Source of the DNA: Sedimentisphaerales bacterium | GTDB taxonomy: Bacteria > Planctomycetota > Phycisphaerae > Sedimentisphaerales > SM23-30 | Assembly (NCBI GenBank): GCA_963666285.1 | Contig: OY762711.1 | Direction: 5' to 3' (one strand) | DNA: 64,000 nt | Part shown: in pieces, positions 38,614 to 52,623 of the stretch | How positions within the stretch are numbered: position 1 is the first letter of the stretch | Layout of the letters: each line of letters begins with the position of its first letter | Position numbers and translations under genes: made by a program | The notes under the pieces: model-generated | Seen by the model: the letters and a program-made list of their open reading frames with translations, nothing else | Databases searched by the model: none | What the model was told of the DNA's origin: nothing

Positions 38614-41202
38614 TCAGTTAACCGGTATGCCGAGAAATTCGTAACTTAGCTTATTTTGCAGAGCTGATACCGTATTAAGCGAGTCCCGAAGTTTCTGACA
38701 TTCTGCCGCAGTTAGTTTGTCCAGCTCAAGTTCGTCATTGACCTCGCGCAGGTCGGAATGGCATATAATCTGGTTATAGAAACGCAGATACCATAAGTGG
38801 TCAAATACCAGGATATTATCTTTTAATGATTCACTGGAGAGTATTTCCTTTTCAGCCAGCATATTTAAACGATCCAGTGTGGATGGTTTACCGATATTAT
38901 ATTTTAATGCAAAGATACGGGCAAAATTAACGATCGGAACAATACAGTCTTTCAGGTTCAGACTTTTTACACCATCCTGGGTTTCTGTTTTCAAATAGCC
39001 AAAGGCATTTAGTGGTATATCGTAGCTTAAGCAGTTGCGTGCCATATGGAGATAGAATTCCGGGTTTTCTCGCGTAATTTCCATCATATGCCTGTGCAGC
39101 TCGTTTGTAAGTTCTTCACTGCCGTAAATACAGCTGATGTCAAAGAATGTATGAATATCCAGAACAGACTCATCAAACTTCTGGATTGTCTTATGGGTGA
39201 ATTTATCTTTCCATTCAGAAAGAGTCATACACCACCTCGGGTTAATTGCCATTATACCACCTGGACAGAATTTATACCCGGCCCGGTCAAGCATAGTACA
39301 GACTCTGTCTGCGAGCTTAAGGAAATATCGCTTTACTGAAGTTGTATCATCACTATTGATATCTTTAATGATTATTGCATTATCCTGGTCAGAGAACATT
39401 GTCATTTCACGGCGAGCGTTACTGCCTAGTGTAAGGAATGCAAATTCAGCTGGTGGTTCTCCAATCTCGTCTATTGCCATTTTTATCAGTTTGACCATTG
39501 CAGTTTCAAATATCTTGCAAAGCGAGTCGCGAATTGCCGATGATTTAACTCCGTGGAGAGTCATCTCCCGTACCATTGCCGGAATATTGCTTAGCGAATG
39601 GACAATATGTCCTATCGTGTCACCAGATTCAATTTCCAGCTGTATACCTGCCGGCAGTTCACTATAGTTCTGGATCTGCTGGTAAAGCTTGCCGTCATTA
39701 TCAAGGGTTGCCCTGGTGATTTTTCTTACTGATATAACATGTCCGTTTTTTTCGGATAGAAATATCTTGGATGCTGCCATTATAACATCAGTTTTAATAC
39801 CGGTTTTTGTCAGCAGCTGAGCTTCAAATTCTGCCGCTGATATGTCACCTGCAATGATTTTTTCCAGCTGGCCGATAGCATTTTTATTAATCCTGTTATT
39901 GGCCGGCAGGAGTTCCTTCCATATTGCTACCGATGCCAGTTCCTGTTCATTGTAGCCGGTCATTCTTTGTAATGTGATATTGGAATACATGTTTTTACCA
40001 TCGACAAGCAGGATATATCCTTCGTTCGACGCTTCCACAAGAGCTCGATACCTGTCCTTGGCTTCAATAAGGCCGCGTTCGGCATAAATTCGTTCGTTTT
40101 CTATTTTATAGCTTTGCGAGATTACATATAAAATGATGGCAAATAATACTATCGATATTAACAGGAACACCCAGAGCAGGTCGTAGGTCAGCCCTTGTAT
40201 TTCAGCTTCGACATCATGGATATATATACCTGTTCCTACTATCCAGTTCCATTCTGGAACCAGTCGTACATAAGATAATTTTGGCTCATGATGCTTTTCA
40301 TCGTCTTTCCATTGCCAGAGATATCTTAGATATCCTTCTCCGCCTTGCTCTTCAACTATTTTTACAAACTCAACAAATAACTTCTTTTTACTTTTGTCTT
40401 TTATATCAACGTAGTTTGTTAAATCTGCTCCGTTAAGTTCGGGAAGGTAGGGGTGCATGACCATTCGTGGGTGAGTGTCAGTTATCCAAAAATAGTCTTT
40501 GAGTTCCGGCCCGTACCGCATTTCGCCAACTTCTCTTGCTGCGGTTTGCTGAGCCTCCTCAAGCGTCATTTTACCGCTTTTACTTAATTTGATATAGTGC
40601 TCAATTACGCTGTCTGCTGCCAGGGTGAGCTCTTTTATCATCACCTTCCGGTCTTGCAGCATCTTATTCTGAAATACTGGTATGATCAGGGTAAAGATTG
40701 ATATGATAAACAGGGCGGTAGCAGTGAGAGTAGGAAGTACTATTTTAAGGTGGAAGCTTGTAAGATTTTTTTGATTTTTCTGTTTTTTCTTTTGATAGTA
40801 TTCTTTTCCCTTAAAATACTCTGCAAGCTCTACTTCGCTCAGTATTTGTTCCTGGGCAGATTTTTCTTCGCTTTCATGGTATTTTTCAGTAAAGGTTCCA
40901 TTTTTGAAATCATCTCGGCTTGGCAGATAGCCGTTGTAGTCGTCTTTAAGATGACATTCAAAAACGTTTTTTATGAGCTTTCGACTGTATTTTCCTTCAA
41001 ACTCATTATATGCATCTTCTAAAGCTTCTTTGCAATGACGGAACTTTCGATGTTCGTAAGGGTCATAGCTGTCTGTGTTGCCAGATCGTAGAAACTGTCC
41101 GAAGCTTTCATGGTCAAAGAAACCATCTATCCATTTATGGATATCTTCCGCTCTTGTGCCAAATAGCTTTTCTGTTCGTTCAGCATGTTCAGATATTTTC
41201 AT
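38614..41202 (-). CDS. Membrane sensor: DUF6915-like N-terminus, TM, single Cache, TM, PAS, DUF294/DUF294_C nucleotidyltransferase
   Basis: IHKWID, HRKFRH, HLKDDYNGYLPS; YFWITD..MVMHP, PKLSYV..WNWIVGTGIY; YRALVEASNEG..N..TGY; LGSNARREMTMFSDQDNA, CPGGIMAINPRW, FFD, LNLK, TLDRL. Confidence 0.8.
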   Translation of the reverse strand: MKISEHAERTEKLFGTRAEDIHKWIDGFFDHESFGQFLRSGNTDSYDPYEHRKFRHCKEALEDAYNEFEGKYSRKLIKNVFECHLKDDYNGYLPSRDDFKNGTFTEKYHESEEKSAQEQILSEVELAEYFKGKEYYQKKKQKNQKNLTSFHLKIVLPTLTATALFIISIFTLIIPVFQNKMLQDRKVMIKELTLAADSVIEHYIKLSKSGKMTLEEAQQTAAREVGEMRYGPELKDYFWITDTHPRMVMHPYLPELNGADLTNYVDIKDKSKKKLFVEFVKIVEEQGGEGYLRYLWQWKDDEKHHEPKLSYVRLVPEWNWIVGTGIYIHDVEAEIQGLTYDLLWVFLLISIVLFAIILYVISQSYKIENERIYAERGLIEAKDRYRALVEASNEGYILLVDGKNMYSNITLQRMTGYNEQELASVAIWKELLPANNRINKNAIGQLEKIIAGDISAAEFEAQLLTKTGIKTDVIMAASKIFLSEKNGHVISVRKITRATLDNDGKLYQQIQNYSELPAGIQLEIESGDTIGHIVHSLSNIPAMVREMTLHGVKSSAIRDSLCKIFETAMVKLIKMAIDEIGEPPAEFAFLTLGSNARREMTMFSDQDNAIIIKDINSDDTTSVKRYFLKLADRVCTMLDRAGYKFCPGGIMAINPRWCMTLSEWKDKFTHKTIQKFDESVLDIHTFFDISCIYGSEELTNELHRHMMEITRENPEFYLHMARNCLSYDIPLNAFGYLKTETQDGVKSLNLKDCIVPIVNFARIFALKYNIGKPSTLDRLNMLAEKEILSSESLKDNILVFDHLWYLRFYNQIICHSDLREVNDELELDKLTAAECQKLRDSLNTVSALQNKLSYEFLGIPVN

Positions 41203-41337
41203 ATACTAACCGTTGAGCAAAAATGCCCAGAAAAGTGCATAATTTAGACGTTTATAAATGCCGGACTTAATTTCAAAGTATTCACATACCCTATTATCGG
41301 GATGATATGGCTTTGTCAGGATTTTTTGAGATTATTA

Positions 41338-42039
41338 TCATCTCACCAGAAAGTCTTTAAGGATTTCCAGCATTATTTTACTGTCTGGTAGAACTTTAAG
41401 CGATTCAATGGCTTTTCTGGCTACTTCTTCTCCAAAATGCGCAGAATGTTTTTTGATCAATTTATGGGTAAAATTGGTGTTAAATTCCGGATGAGCCTGC
41501 AAACCAAGAATGTTATTCCCAACCGATATCATTGCATTGGGGCAGTGGTCGGCCTGAGCCAGAACTTTAGCCTCCGATGGCAGGATCGTAACCTGATCGG
41601 CATGGCTGAAGTGTAAATGCAGATTACTCGGCACAGGATCTGTAAACAGATGCCGGTTAAGGTGGAGGTTCAGACAGCCAATCCCCCATCCGCCCGGGGC
41701 CTTTTCTACTTTGCCTCCCAATGCTTTTCCGATCATCTGGTGGCCGAAACATATACCAATAAGCTTGCTTTCGCCATTATTATAGATATCCTGGATGAAA
41801 TTTCCCAGGTCATATATCCATAAGTCTGGATCGTAAGCACTGTTGTAAGAACCCATTACGGCATAGCCGGTGAAATCAGAAACCGAGGATGGTAAGTCTC
41901 CCCGTTTACAGTCAAATATCTCATATTCCGGCTTAAATCCAATAGAATTAAAGCTTTCGATCATCATTTCGCCAAATTCTGGTTCATTGTCCAGAGTTTC
42001 TGATACGTGTTCGCAATCTAGGATAGCTAGTCTTTTCAT
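41338..42039 (-). CDS. Class I glutamine amidotransferase (GMP synthase-like, stand-alone)
   Basis: VMGS, GICFGHQ nucleophile elbow, HADQV, QAHPEF. Confidence 0.92.
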   Translation of the reverse strand: MKRLAILDCEHVSETLDNEPEFGEMMIESFNSIGFKPEYEIFDCKRGDLPSSVSDFTGYAVMGSYNSAYDPDLWIYDLGNFIQDIYNNGESKLIGICFGHQMIGKALGGKVEKAPGGWGIGCLNLHLNRHLFTDPVPSNLHLHFSHADQVTILPSEAKVLAQADHCPNAMISVGNNILGLQAHPEFNTNFTHKLIKKHSAHFGEEVARKAIESLKVLPDSKIMLEILKDFLVR

Positions 42040-42254
42040 TTTGTTTCTTTTATTGGGTTAATATGTCAAATAATAAATTTATATGTTAGATTCTAGCATT
42101 AAAATGCAGTTGGGTAAATATTTATACATTGCTTTTTTTGTCTAAAATTAGAATGTTAACTTGTTAATTTTATTATTTTTTTGTAACCTTTAGTTTTCTC
42201 ATGCGTCTAATATATTACTTGTTGTATTTTACTTATACGCTTTCATGGAATCTT

Positions 42255-43670
42255 ATGATGAAAAAACTAATGATTGTTCTTTTTATTTTAGTGCTGTTAG
42301 GTTTAATTGGCTTTGCAGCTATTAAACAGAGTGAGGCTAATAAAGACAGGTCGGTAAAGGTACGTGTAAATAAGCCTGAATTAGGAAAACTTGTTGAAAC
42401 CATTAGTGCTCCTGGTGAAATCAAACCACTTCATAGTGTTACTATTAGCGCTAAAATCTCAGGTAAGGTTATTGAACTGCCGTTTGAAGAAGGTGACGCC
42501 GTCTTTGGACCAGAATCTGGTCGTGAACCTTCAGTTCTGGTAAATATTGACAGTAGCGACCTGGAATCTGATCTTAATATCAGCCAGGCCCGTCGTGAAT
42601 CCCAGGTTATGCAAATTGAAGTTGCCAAGGTTGATATTGAAAACAGGGAATCCAGCCTTCGCGAAGCAGAAATTCAGCTTGCCCAAAAAGAAAAAGACCT
42701 GGAACGTAGTTTGAAGCTGCTGCAAAGTAACGATGTCACTGAAACTTCAGTTGAAGAGCTGCAGGTTGCTGTTGAACAGTTAAAGATCAAGGTTAAATCT
42801 AGCCAGAATGCAATTAAGGTTGCTAAAGTTGACTTGAAAGTGAGGGAAAATGAGCTAAAAATAGCTGATTCCAATATCCAGAGAGCCAAAGATGCCTTGG
42901 AATATGCCGAAATTTCTTCGCCTATGTCAGGTGTGATTACTCAGATTCATGTGAAAGCCGGCGAGATGGTAACTGGTGCCGTTAATTATACCGGTACTCC
43001 TATGATGGTTGTTGCCGATCTGTCAAAGATGCTATTAGCCGCAAAGGTTGACGAAATTGATATTGGCAAGGTTAAAGAAGGGCAAAAAGCCAAGGTTAAG
43101 CTTCATGCCTGGCCGGATGAAAGATTTGAAGGGGTTGTTCATAAGAAATCGCTGGTTTTGCTTGACAGCCGCACCGGTTCAAAGGTGTGTGATGTTGAGA
43201 TAATGCTGGATAATGCCGATGGCCGTATACTTTCGGGCATGACAGCTGATGCTGAGATTGAAATTAAAGTTCACGAAAACATTTTGACTGTCCCGTCACA
43301 GTCAGTTCTTGGTTGTGAGTGGGAAACGCTTCCTAAAGAAATTCGTGATGGCAGCGAGCTTATAAATAAGGAAAAAACATATACTCCAGTTGTTTTCCGT
43401 CTTATTGATGGCAAAGCTCATGCTACTCCTGTCAGGATTGGTCCAAGTGATCTTACAAATACTGTAATCGAAGCCGGACTTTCAATAGATGACCTGGTTG
43501 TGACAGGCCCTTATAAAGAGCTTGAACAAATGAATCATGGCAAGATAATCAAGGATGAGAATGCTAAAGAGGATAGGCAGGGCGATAAAGACTTCGCTGA
43601 CAAAGCTGATGACCAGGAGGTCGATAAAGATAACTCAGAAGATAGCCAATCAGAAGAACCGGTTCAGTAA
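42255..43670 (+). CDS. MacA-like periplasmic adaptor subunit
   Basis: N-terminal TM; ISAKISG, coiled coil, ISSPMSG, VDEIDIG, GMTADAEI; acidic tail. Confidence 0.88.
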   Translation: MMKKLMIVLFILVLLGLIGFAAIKQSEANKDRSVKVRVNKPELGKLVETISAPGEIKPLHSVTISAKISGKVIELPFEEGDAVFGPESGREPSVLVNIDSSDLESDLNISQARRESQVMQIEVAKVDIENRESSLREAEIQLAQKEKDLERSLKLLQSNDVTETSVEELQVAVEQLKIKVKSSQNAIKVAKVDLKVRENELKIADSNIQRAKDALEYAEISSPMSGVITQIHVKAGEMVTGAVNYTGTPMMVVADLSKMLLAAKVDEIDIGKVKEGQKAKVKLHAWPDERFEGVVHKKSLVLLDSRTGSKVCDVEIMLDNADGRILSGMTADAEIEIKVHENILTVPSQSVLGCEWETLPKEIRDGSELINKEKTYTPVVFRLIDGKAHATPVRIGPSDLTNTVIEAGLSIDDLVVTGPYKELEQMNHGKIIKDENAKEDRQGDKDFADKADDQEVDKDNSEDSQSEEPVQ

Positions 43671-44383
43671 TGTTTGAAGGTAATATGCTAATTAAATTAG
43701 AACAAATACAACGTCAATATAAAATGGGTTCTGAAACTGTTCATGCTCTGGATTTTGTTGATCTTGAAATAAATGAAAATGAATATGTTGCAGTTATGGG
43801 TGCTTCCGGGTCAGGCAAGAGCACGCTCATGAATATTATTGGATGTCTGGACCGTGCTACCGGCGGTAAATATTTACTTGATGGCCAGGATACTACTCGG
43901 ATGAATGCCGCCCAGCTTGCTTCAGTTCGCAACAAGCAGATAGGTTTTGTCTTTCAGACTTTTGAACTGCTGCCCAGGACCAGCGCTCTGAAAAACGTCG
44001 AAATGCCGCTGATATACTCGAAAGGAACCGCCTGGCATAAACGCCGCAGCCTTGCGATGAAGGCCCTGGAAAAGGTTGGTCTTCAGGACAGGGTTACTCA
44101 TAAACCCAATCAAATGTCTGGCGGAGAGCGGCAGAGGGTAGCCGTTGCCAGATCTTTGATTTGTGAACCCAGTATTCTGCTTGCCGATGAGCCTACCGGT
44201 AATCTGGATAGTAAAAATAGCGAGATTATCCTGAACCTGTTCGATAATTTGCACAATGAAGGGCAGACTATTGTTATGGTCACTCATGAAGAAGATGTGG
44301 CTAAACATGCAAAGCGTATTATTCGCATGAAAGATGGCAGAATTGTTTCCGATGAAACCGGGGAAGGCGGTGCGGTTAAATGA
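43670..44383 (+). CDS. MacB/LolD-type ABC ATP-binding protein
   Basis: GASGSGKST, MSGGERQR, LADEPTGNLD, VTHE. Confidence 0.94.
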   Translation: MFEGNMLIKLEQIQRQYKMGSETVHALDFVDLEINENEYVAVMGASGSGKSTLMNIIGCLDRATGGKYLLDGQDTTRMNAAQLASVRNKQIGFVFQTFELLPRTSALKNVEMPLIYSKGTAWHKRRSLAMKALEKVGLQDRVTHKPNQMSGGERQRVAVARSLICEPSILLADEPTGNLDSKNSEIILNLFDNLHNEGQTIVMVTHEEDVAKHAKRIIRMKDGRIVSDETGEGGAVK

Positions 44384-45636
44384 TAATATTGCGTTTTGTC
44401 TATCATATATTTGTTTTTCTGATCCAGAGTGTCCTTCTTGCTCTTGGACAGATCAGGTCAAATAAAACCAGGTCTGTTCTTACTACCGTTGGTATTGTTA
44501 TAGGCGTTGCCTCGGTTACAGCTGTTATTGCTTCATTGGCCGGACTGAAAGCAAAGGTACTTACCGAGTTTCAGGGATACGGCAGCAATATGATCTGGGT
44601 TTCACCGGATAGGCCCAAGGAGGGACCCTGGAAAAATGTTTCCTGGGAGAAAATCAGACTCTATCCAAGTGAATTTGATGGTGTTCTGGATAAGTGCCCA
44701 TCTATTGAAGTCTATAGCTTATGTACCGATCACTATGGTATGTCGGCCAGTTTTAGCGATCAGCAGTTGGATAATGTGCGACTCAGAGGTATCGGCCATT
44801 CAATGTTCGAGATTGAAAAAAGGAAAATTGTTCTCGGCAGACCGTTTTCTGTTATCGATCAGGAACAAAAACGGCAGGTCTGTCTTATTACCAAAACAGT
44901 ACAGCAGCAGTTGAAATTAAATAAAGATTGTATTGGTCAGCTTATTGACATTCAGGGAAAGACTTTTAATGTTATTGGTGTTGTTGAAGAGAAAAACTCT
45001 GTGTTTGATATGGGCAATGCCGGCAAAGAGATCTTTATCCCTTTTGAAACGGCATGGAAATTATGGCGACCATGGATGCATGTTATGCTCAACAGCAAAG
45101 CTCCCGAAGTTACTGAAGAAGGACTTGCCGAGCTTCGTTTCTTTTTAAGGACTAAAAAACGTGTATATCCCGGTGATGCAGAGCCGTTTAGAGTTCAATC
45201 GCTGGAGAATGAATTGGAAAAATTTAACAAGCTTTCCAGTGCAGTAACAGCTATTGCTGGCGGGGTAGTTAGTGTTTCCTTGCTGGTTGGTGGTATAGGT
45301 ATTATGAATATCATGCTGGTTTCTGTTTCAGAACGTACCAGGGAAATCGGCCTTCGGAAAGCAGTTGGGGCCAGACCTTCTGCTATTATGCTTCAGTTCT
45401 TGATCGAAGCTATAGTGTTATGTTTGTTAGGGGGGCTTATCGGTATTGGTCTTGGTTATTTGTTGACCCTTGGAATCAGTAAAATACCTGATGCTCAACT
45501 TGAAAAAGCCTTTGTCCCTATGTGGGCTATATGGCTGGCGTTTGGTTTCTCTGCTTTTGTTGGTATTTTCTTTGGTTTTTTCCCGGCGTTCAAAGCGTCC
45601 AGGCTTGACCCGATCGCGGCTCTAAGGTATGAGTAA
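44380..45636 (+). CDS. MacB-type ABC permease
   Basis: RSVLTTVGIVIGVASV, LLVGGIGIMNIMLVSVSERTREIGLRKAVGA, PAFKASRLDPIAALRYE. Confidence 0.94.
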   Translation: MIILRFVYHIFVFLIQSVLLALGQIRSNKTRSVLTTVGIVIGVASVTAVIASLAGLKAKVLTEFQGYGSNMIWVSPDRPKEGPWKNVSWEKIRLYPSEFDGVLDKCPSIEVYSLCTDHYGMSASFSDQQLDNVRLRGIGHSMFEIEKRKIVLGRPFSVIDQEQKRQVCLITKTVQQQLKLNKDCIGQLIDIQGKTFNVIGVVEEKNSVFDMGNAGKEIFIPFETAWKLWRPWMHVMLNSKAPEVTEEGLAELRFFLRTKKRVYPGDAEPFRVQSLENELEKFNKLSSAVTAIAGGVVSVSLLVGGIGIMNIMLVSVSERTREIGLRKAVGARPSAIMLQFLIEAIVLCLLGGLIGIGLGYLLTLGISKIPDAQLEKAFVPMWAIWLAFGFSAFVGIFFGFFPAFKASRLDPIAALRYE

Positions 45637-45663
45637 AACTTACTTTTTTGTTTAAGGTGTGTT

Positions 45664-47301
45664 GTGATAATGGTTAATAAAAAATATTATATATTTTTAC
45701 TTGTTGTGTGTTGTGCTGTTGCAGGTTGCGTTGAGAAAACTCGTCTGGATAAGTACGATACAACTAAGTTTAACACAAAACAGCTAAGTGTTATCGATAA
45801 GGTTGAACTTCAGCCGGCAGAAGACCAGTCTATGGACCGCGCCCCAAACTTTTTTAGTGAACCACAGGAGATTCCCAAAGAGCTTTCTATCGAAAAATGC
45901 CGTCAGTTAGCCTTGCAAAATAATCTCGATCTGAAAGTCAGCCTGATCGAACCTGAAATTGCCCGCGAAGATCTTAAGGCAGCCCATGCTGCTTTTGAAC
46001 CGCTATTTGTTTCAGGATTTAATTTTATTACAAATGATTTCCCTGATGAATATGACGAGACTGAACGTGTCAGTAGTTATGGCAGGTTAAATTTCCCGTT
46101 AGTTACTGGAGGTGATGTTAGTTTCTATTTCCCTTTTAGTAGAACTCAAAAAGAAGGTCAGGACTATTATTACACTGACCCTGTTACAGGTGAAACTACC
46201 TTAATTCAACAGCAAAACAGCTATTATGATACTGATTTTTCTATTAGCTTTTCTCAACCTCTGCTTAGAGGTGGAGGAATATCCGTTAATACTAACTATA
46301 TTCGCCAGGCAAGTTATAATGCTAAGTCCAAGCTGGCTCAGGCGAAACTTCAGGCAATGTGGATTCTTTCTGCCATTGATCGGGCATATTGGTATTTATA
46401 CGCGGCACAGGAAGTTCTTAAAGTGCGAAAGTTAGACTATGACCTGGCTAAGGCTCAATATGACCAGGCTAAACGAATGGTTGATGCCGGCCAGATGAAA
46501 GAAATAGAGGTTATCAGGGCCGAATCTGCCCTGGCTGAGCGGCTTAATGGCATAATTAAAGCTGATAATAACCTGAGAGATCGACAAAGAGATTTGAAAC
46601 TGATTATAAATTCTCCTGATATGGCACTGGAGTCAGATTTCGTCTATATTACTGATACTGAGCCTGTACCGGTTAAGTATAATGTTGATCAGAACGAAAT
46701 GCTGGAATATGCCATGAACCGACGTGTTGAACTGTTTCAGGTAGAGCTTTCGCTGGCTTCCAGTGAAAGTGCTATAGAGTATCAAAAGAATTCTCTGCTG
46801 CCTTACCTTGGTCTGGAATATACCTATAATATTAGTGGCTCTGGATATAATTCTAATGCTGCTTTTGATCAGTTAGATAATAATAGTTTTAAAGATTATT
46901 CTTTAGGGCTGTCTTTGCAAATTCCACTTGGTAATCAGGTTGCCAAAAGCAGCTATCGAAAGGCAATCCTGCAAAAACAGATTGTTGAAACGAATAAACA
47001 GTTGCAAATCAGGACAATTACCCAGGAAGTATTGAATGCTGTTGATGCTCTTGAGTCTAATTGGAATGCTGTTTTAGCTTCACAGAAAAGTGCCGAACTG
47101 GCTCTGCGTACTCTGGAAGCTGAGCAGCGGCAATTTAAGCTTGGCATGCAGACTTCAACCGAAGTCCTAAACGCCCAGACAAGATATGCCAATACATTGC
47201 TTTCCAGGTTGCAGGCGCTGGTAGATTATCAAATTTCTCAGGTTGACCTCTGTGCTGCTGTAGGTGGGTTGAATCAGGCTGCAAGACTTAGCTTTGATTA
47301 A
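45664..47301 (+). CDS. TolC-family outer membrane protein (lipoprotein)
   Basis: VAGC lipobox; ALQNNLDL, SQPLLRG, AEQRQFKLG..T..EVL.AQ. Confidence 0.88.
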   Translation: MIMVNKKYYIFLLVVCCAVAGCVEKTRLDKYDTTKFNTKQLSVIDKVELQPAEDQSMDRAPNFFSEPQEIPKELSIEKCRQLALQNNLDLKVSLIEPEIAREDLKAAHAAFEPLFVSGFNFITNDFPDEYDETERVSSYGRLNFPLVTGGDVSFYFPFSRTQKEGQDYYYTDPVTGETTLIQQQNSYYDTDFSISFSQPLLRGGGISVNTNYIRQASYNAKSKLAQAKLQAMWILSAIDRAYWYLYAAQEVLKVRKLDYDLAKAQYDQAKRMVDAGQMKEIEVIRAESALAERLNGIIKADNNLRDRQRDLKLIINSPDMALESDFVYITDTEPVPVKYNVDQNEMLEYAMNRRVELFQVELSLASSESAIEYQKNSLLPYLGLEYTYNISGSGYNSNAAFDQLDNNSFKDYSLGLSLQIPLGNQVAKSSYRKAILQKQIVETNKQLQIRTITQEVLNAVDALESNWNAVLASQKSAELALRTLEAEQRQFKLGMQTSTEVLNAQTRYANTLLSRLQALVDYQISQVDLCAAVGGLNQAARLSFD

Positions 47302-47357
47302 AAAAATGCGTGAAAACTCCTTTTGAACTGTTATAATGTGAAATATATTTGTTGTAG

Positions 47358-51281
<3,924 letters not shown>

Positions 51282-51380
51282 GTTAAAATGTATCAATTAC
51301 TTGCGAACGTCTGATGTGCAAGTTACATCTAAGTTTTTTGCTTATTTATATATTTGTAATTGTTTAGATAATGTTAAAAT

Positions 51381-51418
51381 AAAGCAGGTGTTATTATTTT
51401 ATTGACACCTGCTTTTTT
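51381..51418 (+). terminator. Intrinsic terminator after the GH2 gene
   Basis: AAAGCAGGTGTTA...TGACACCTGCTTT followed by T run. Confidence 0.75.
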
Positions 51419-51736
51419 ATGTAAAGTTATTCATGCTAGTGTTTTAGGTCAAAGTATATAATTTTTGTTTGTATGGATTCTTTTCTATATGAGGGATTTT
51501 GCTTGTTTTTCAGTCGGTTGTCTTTATAATAATATTTTGAGGAGTTCTTATTATTTGTGTGTTCTCATAATACACAACTTTTATTTTTTTTGTTTTTGAA
51601 ATATACACTTTTAAAAAATGTGTATGTTGGATTTGTAAATACTTTTATTAATTGTGTTTATGATAGGGTTTTCCAGGTCTGGAGATCTGGGGAGAATATG
51701 TTTTATAGAGTGCAAGCTCTGAAAGGTGAGGAAACT

Positions 51737-52510
51737 ATGAAGAAGTTTGTGTTTATTTTTGCGCTTATTGCGTTTGTCAATTTCGTTAACGCGGCTGAAA
51801 CCATTACTCTGCTTGATTATTCTCAAAATTGGGGTAGCTATGTGAGAAATGGCGCTTCTCAAGAAATTAATACAGATCAGCCAAGAAATGGAAATGGGTC
51901 ACTGATGCAGTCTACTACTTCAGGGTCTGATAAAGCAATTGCATATTTTAATACTGGTACTTCATTAGGGACGCTTGGGGATTTTGCGGCAGGAAATACT
52001 GTAATTAGTTTTGATTATTATCGAGATGGTAGTAGTACTGCAGCTGCTCATTTGGCTCCTGCTTTTGAACTTGCAGTTAGTACTGATTCTGATACTGATA
52101 TAGAATATTATATTAAATGGGAAGCTGCATATAATAATGGCACGAGTTCAATTGTTACTGATATATGGAACTCTACTGGTAATATTGCTAATGAAAATTG
52201 GTGGATATGGGATGTGGTAAATGGGCAGGCAATCACATCGTATAATTATACTTTAGCTGATTGGTCTGTTGGTTCAATTTTACAAGATCTTAATGGTGAC
52301 GCTTCTGTTCTATATTGTGATATAAGTCTTGGTTCTGGCTGGAATGATTCATATTTGGGTTATGTTGATAATGTATCACTTACTGTTGCAGGTGGAACAT
52401 CTTATGTTTCAAATTTTGAATCAGTAGCTGCTGTGCCTGCTCCGGGAGCTATCTTGCTGGCCGGTCTTGGCACAGCTTGTGTCGGCAGAATCCGTCGCTT
52501 TACTAAGTAA
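51737..52510 (+). CDS. Secreted protein with VPAPGA (PEP-CTERM variant) sorting tail
   Basis: RBS AAGGTGAGG before ATG 51737; signal peptide; tail VPAPGAILLAGLGTACVGRIRR. Confidence 0.82.
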   Translation: MKKFVFIFALIAFVNFVNAAETITLLDYSQNWGSYVRNGASQEINTDQPRNGNGSLMQSTTSGSDKAIAYFNTGTSLGTLGDFAAGNTVISFDYYRDGSSTAAAHLAPAFELAVSTDSDTDIEYYIKWEAAYNNGTSSIVTDIWNSTGNIANENWWIWDVVNGQAITSYNYTLADWSVGSILQDLNGDASVLYCDISLGSGWNDSYLGYVDNVSLTVAGGTSYVSNFESVAAVPAPGAILLAGLGTACVGRIRRFTK

Positions 52511-52537
52511 TTCTTCTTACAAATATTTTTGATGTTT

Positions 52538-52571
52538 AATAACCGGCTGCTCTTATGGGTAGCTGGTTATT
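52538..52571 (+). terminator. Hairpin between the two VPAPGA genes
   Basis: AATAACCGGCTGCTC-TTAT-GGGTAGCTGGTTATT. Confidence 0.6.
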
Positions 52572-52623
52572 ATTAATAACAATGGGTTTTTAAAATTTAT
52601 TTATTTGGAAAGGTGAGAATACT

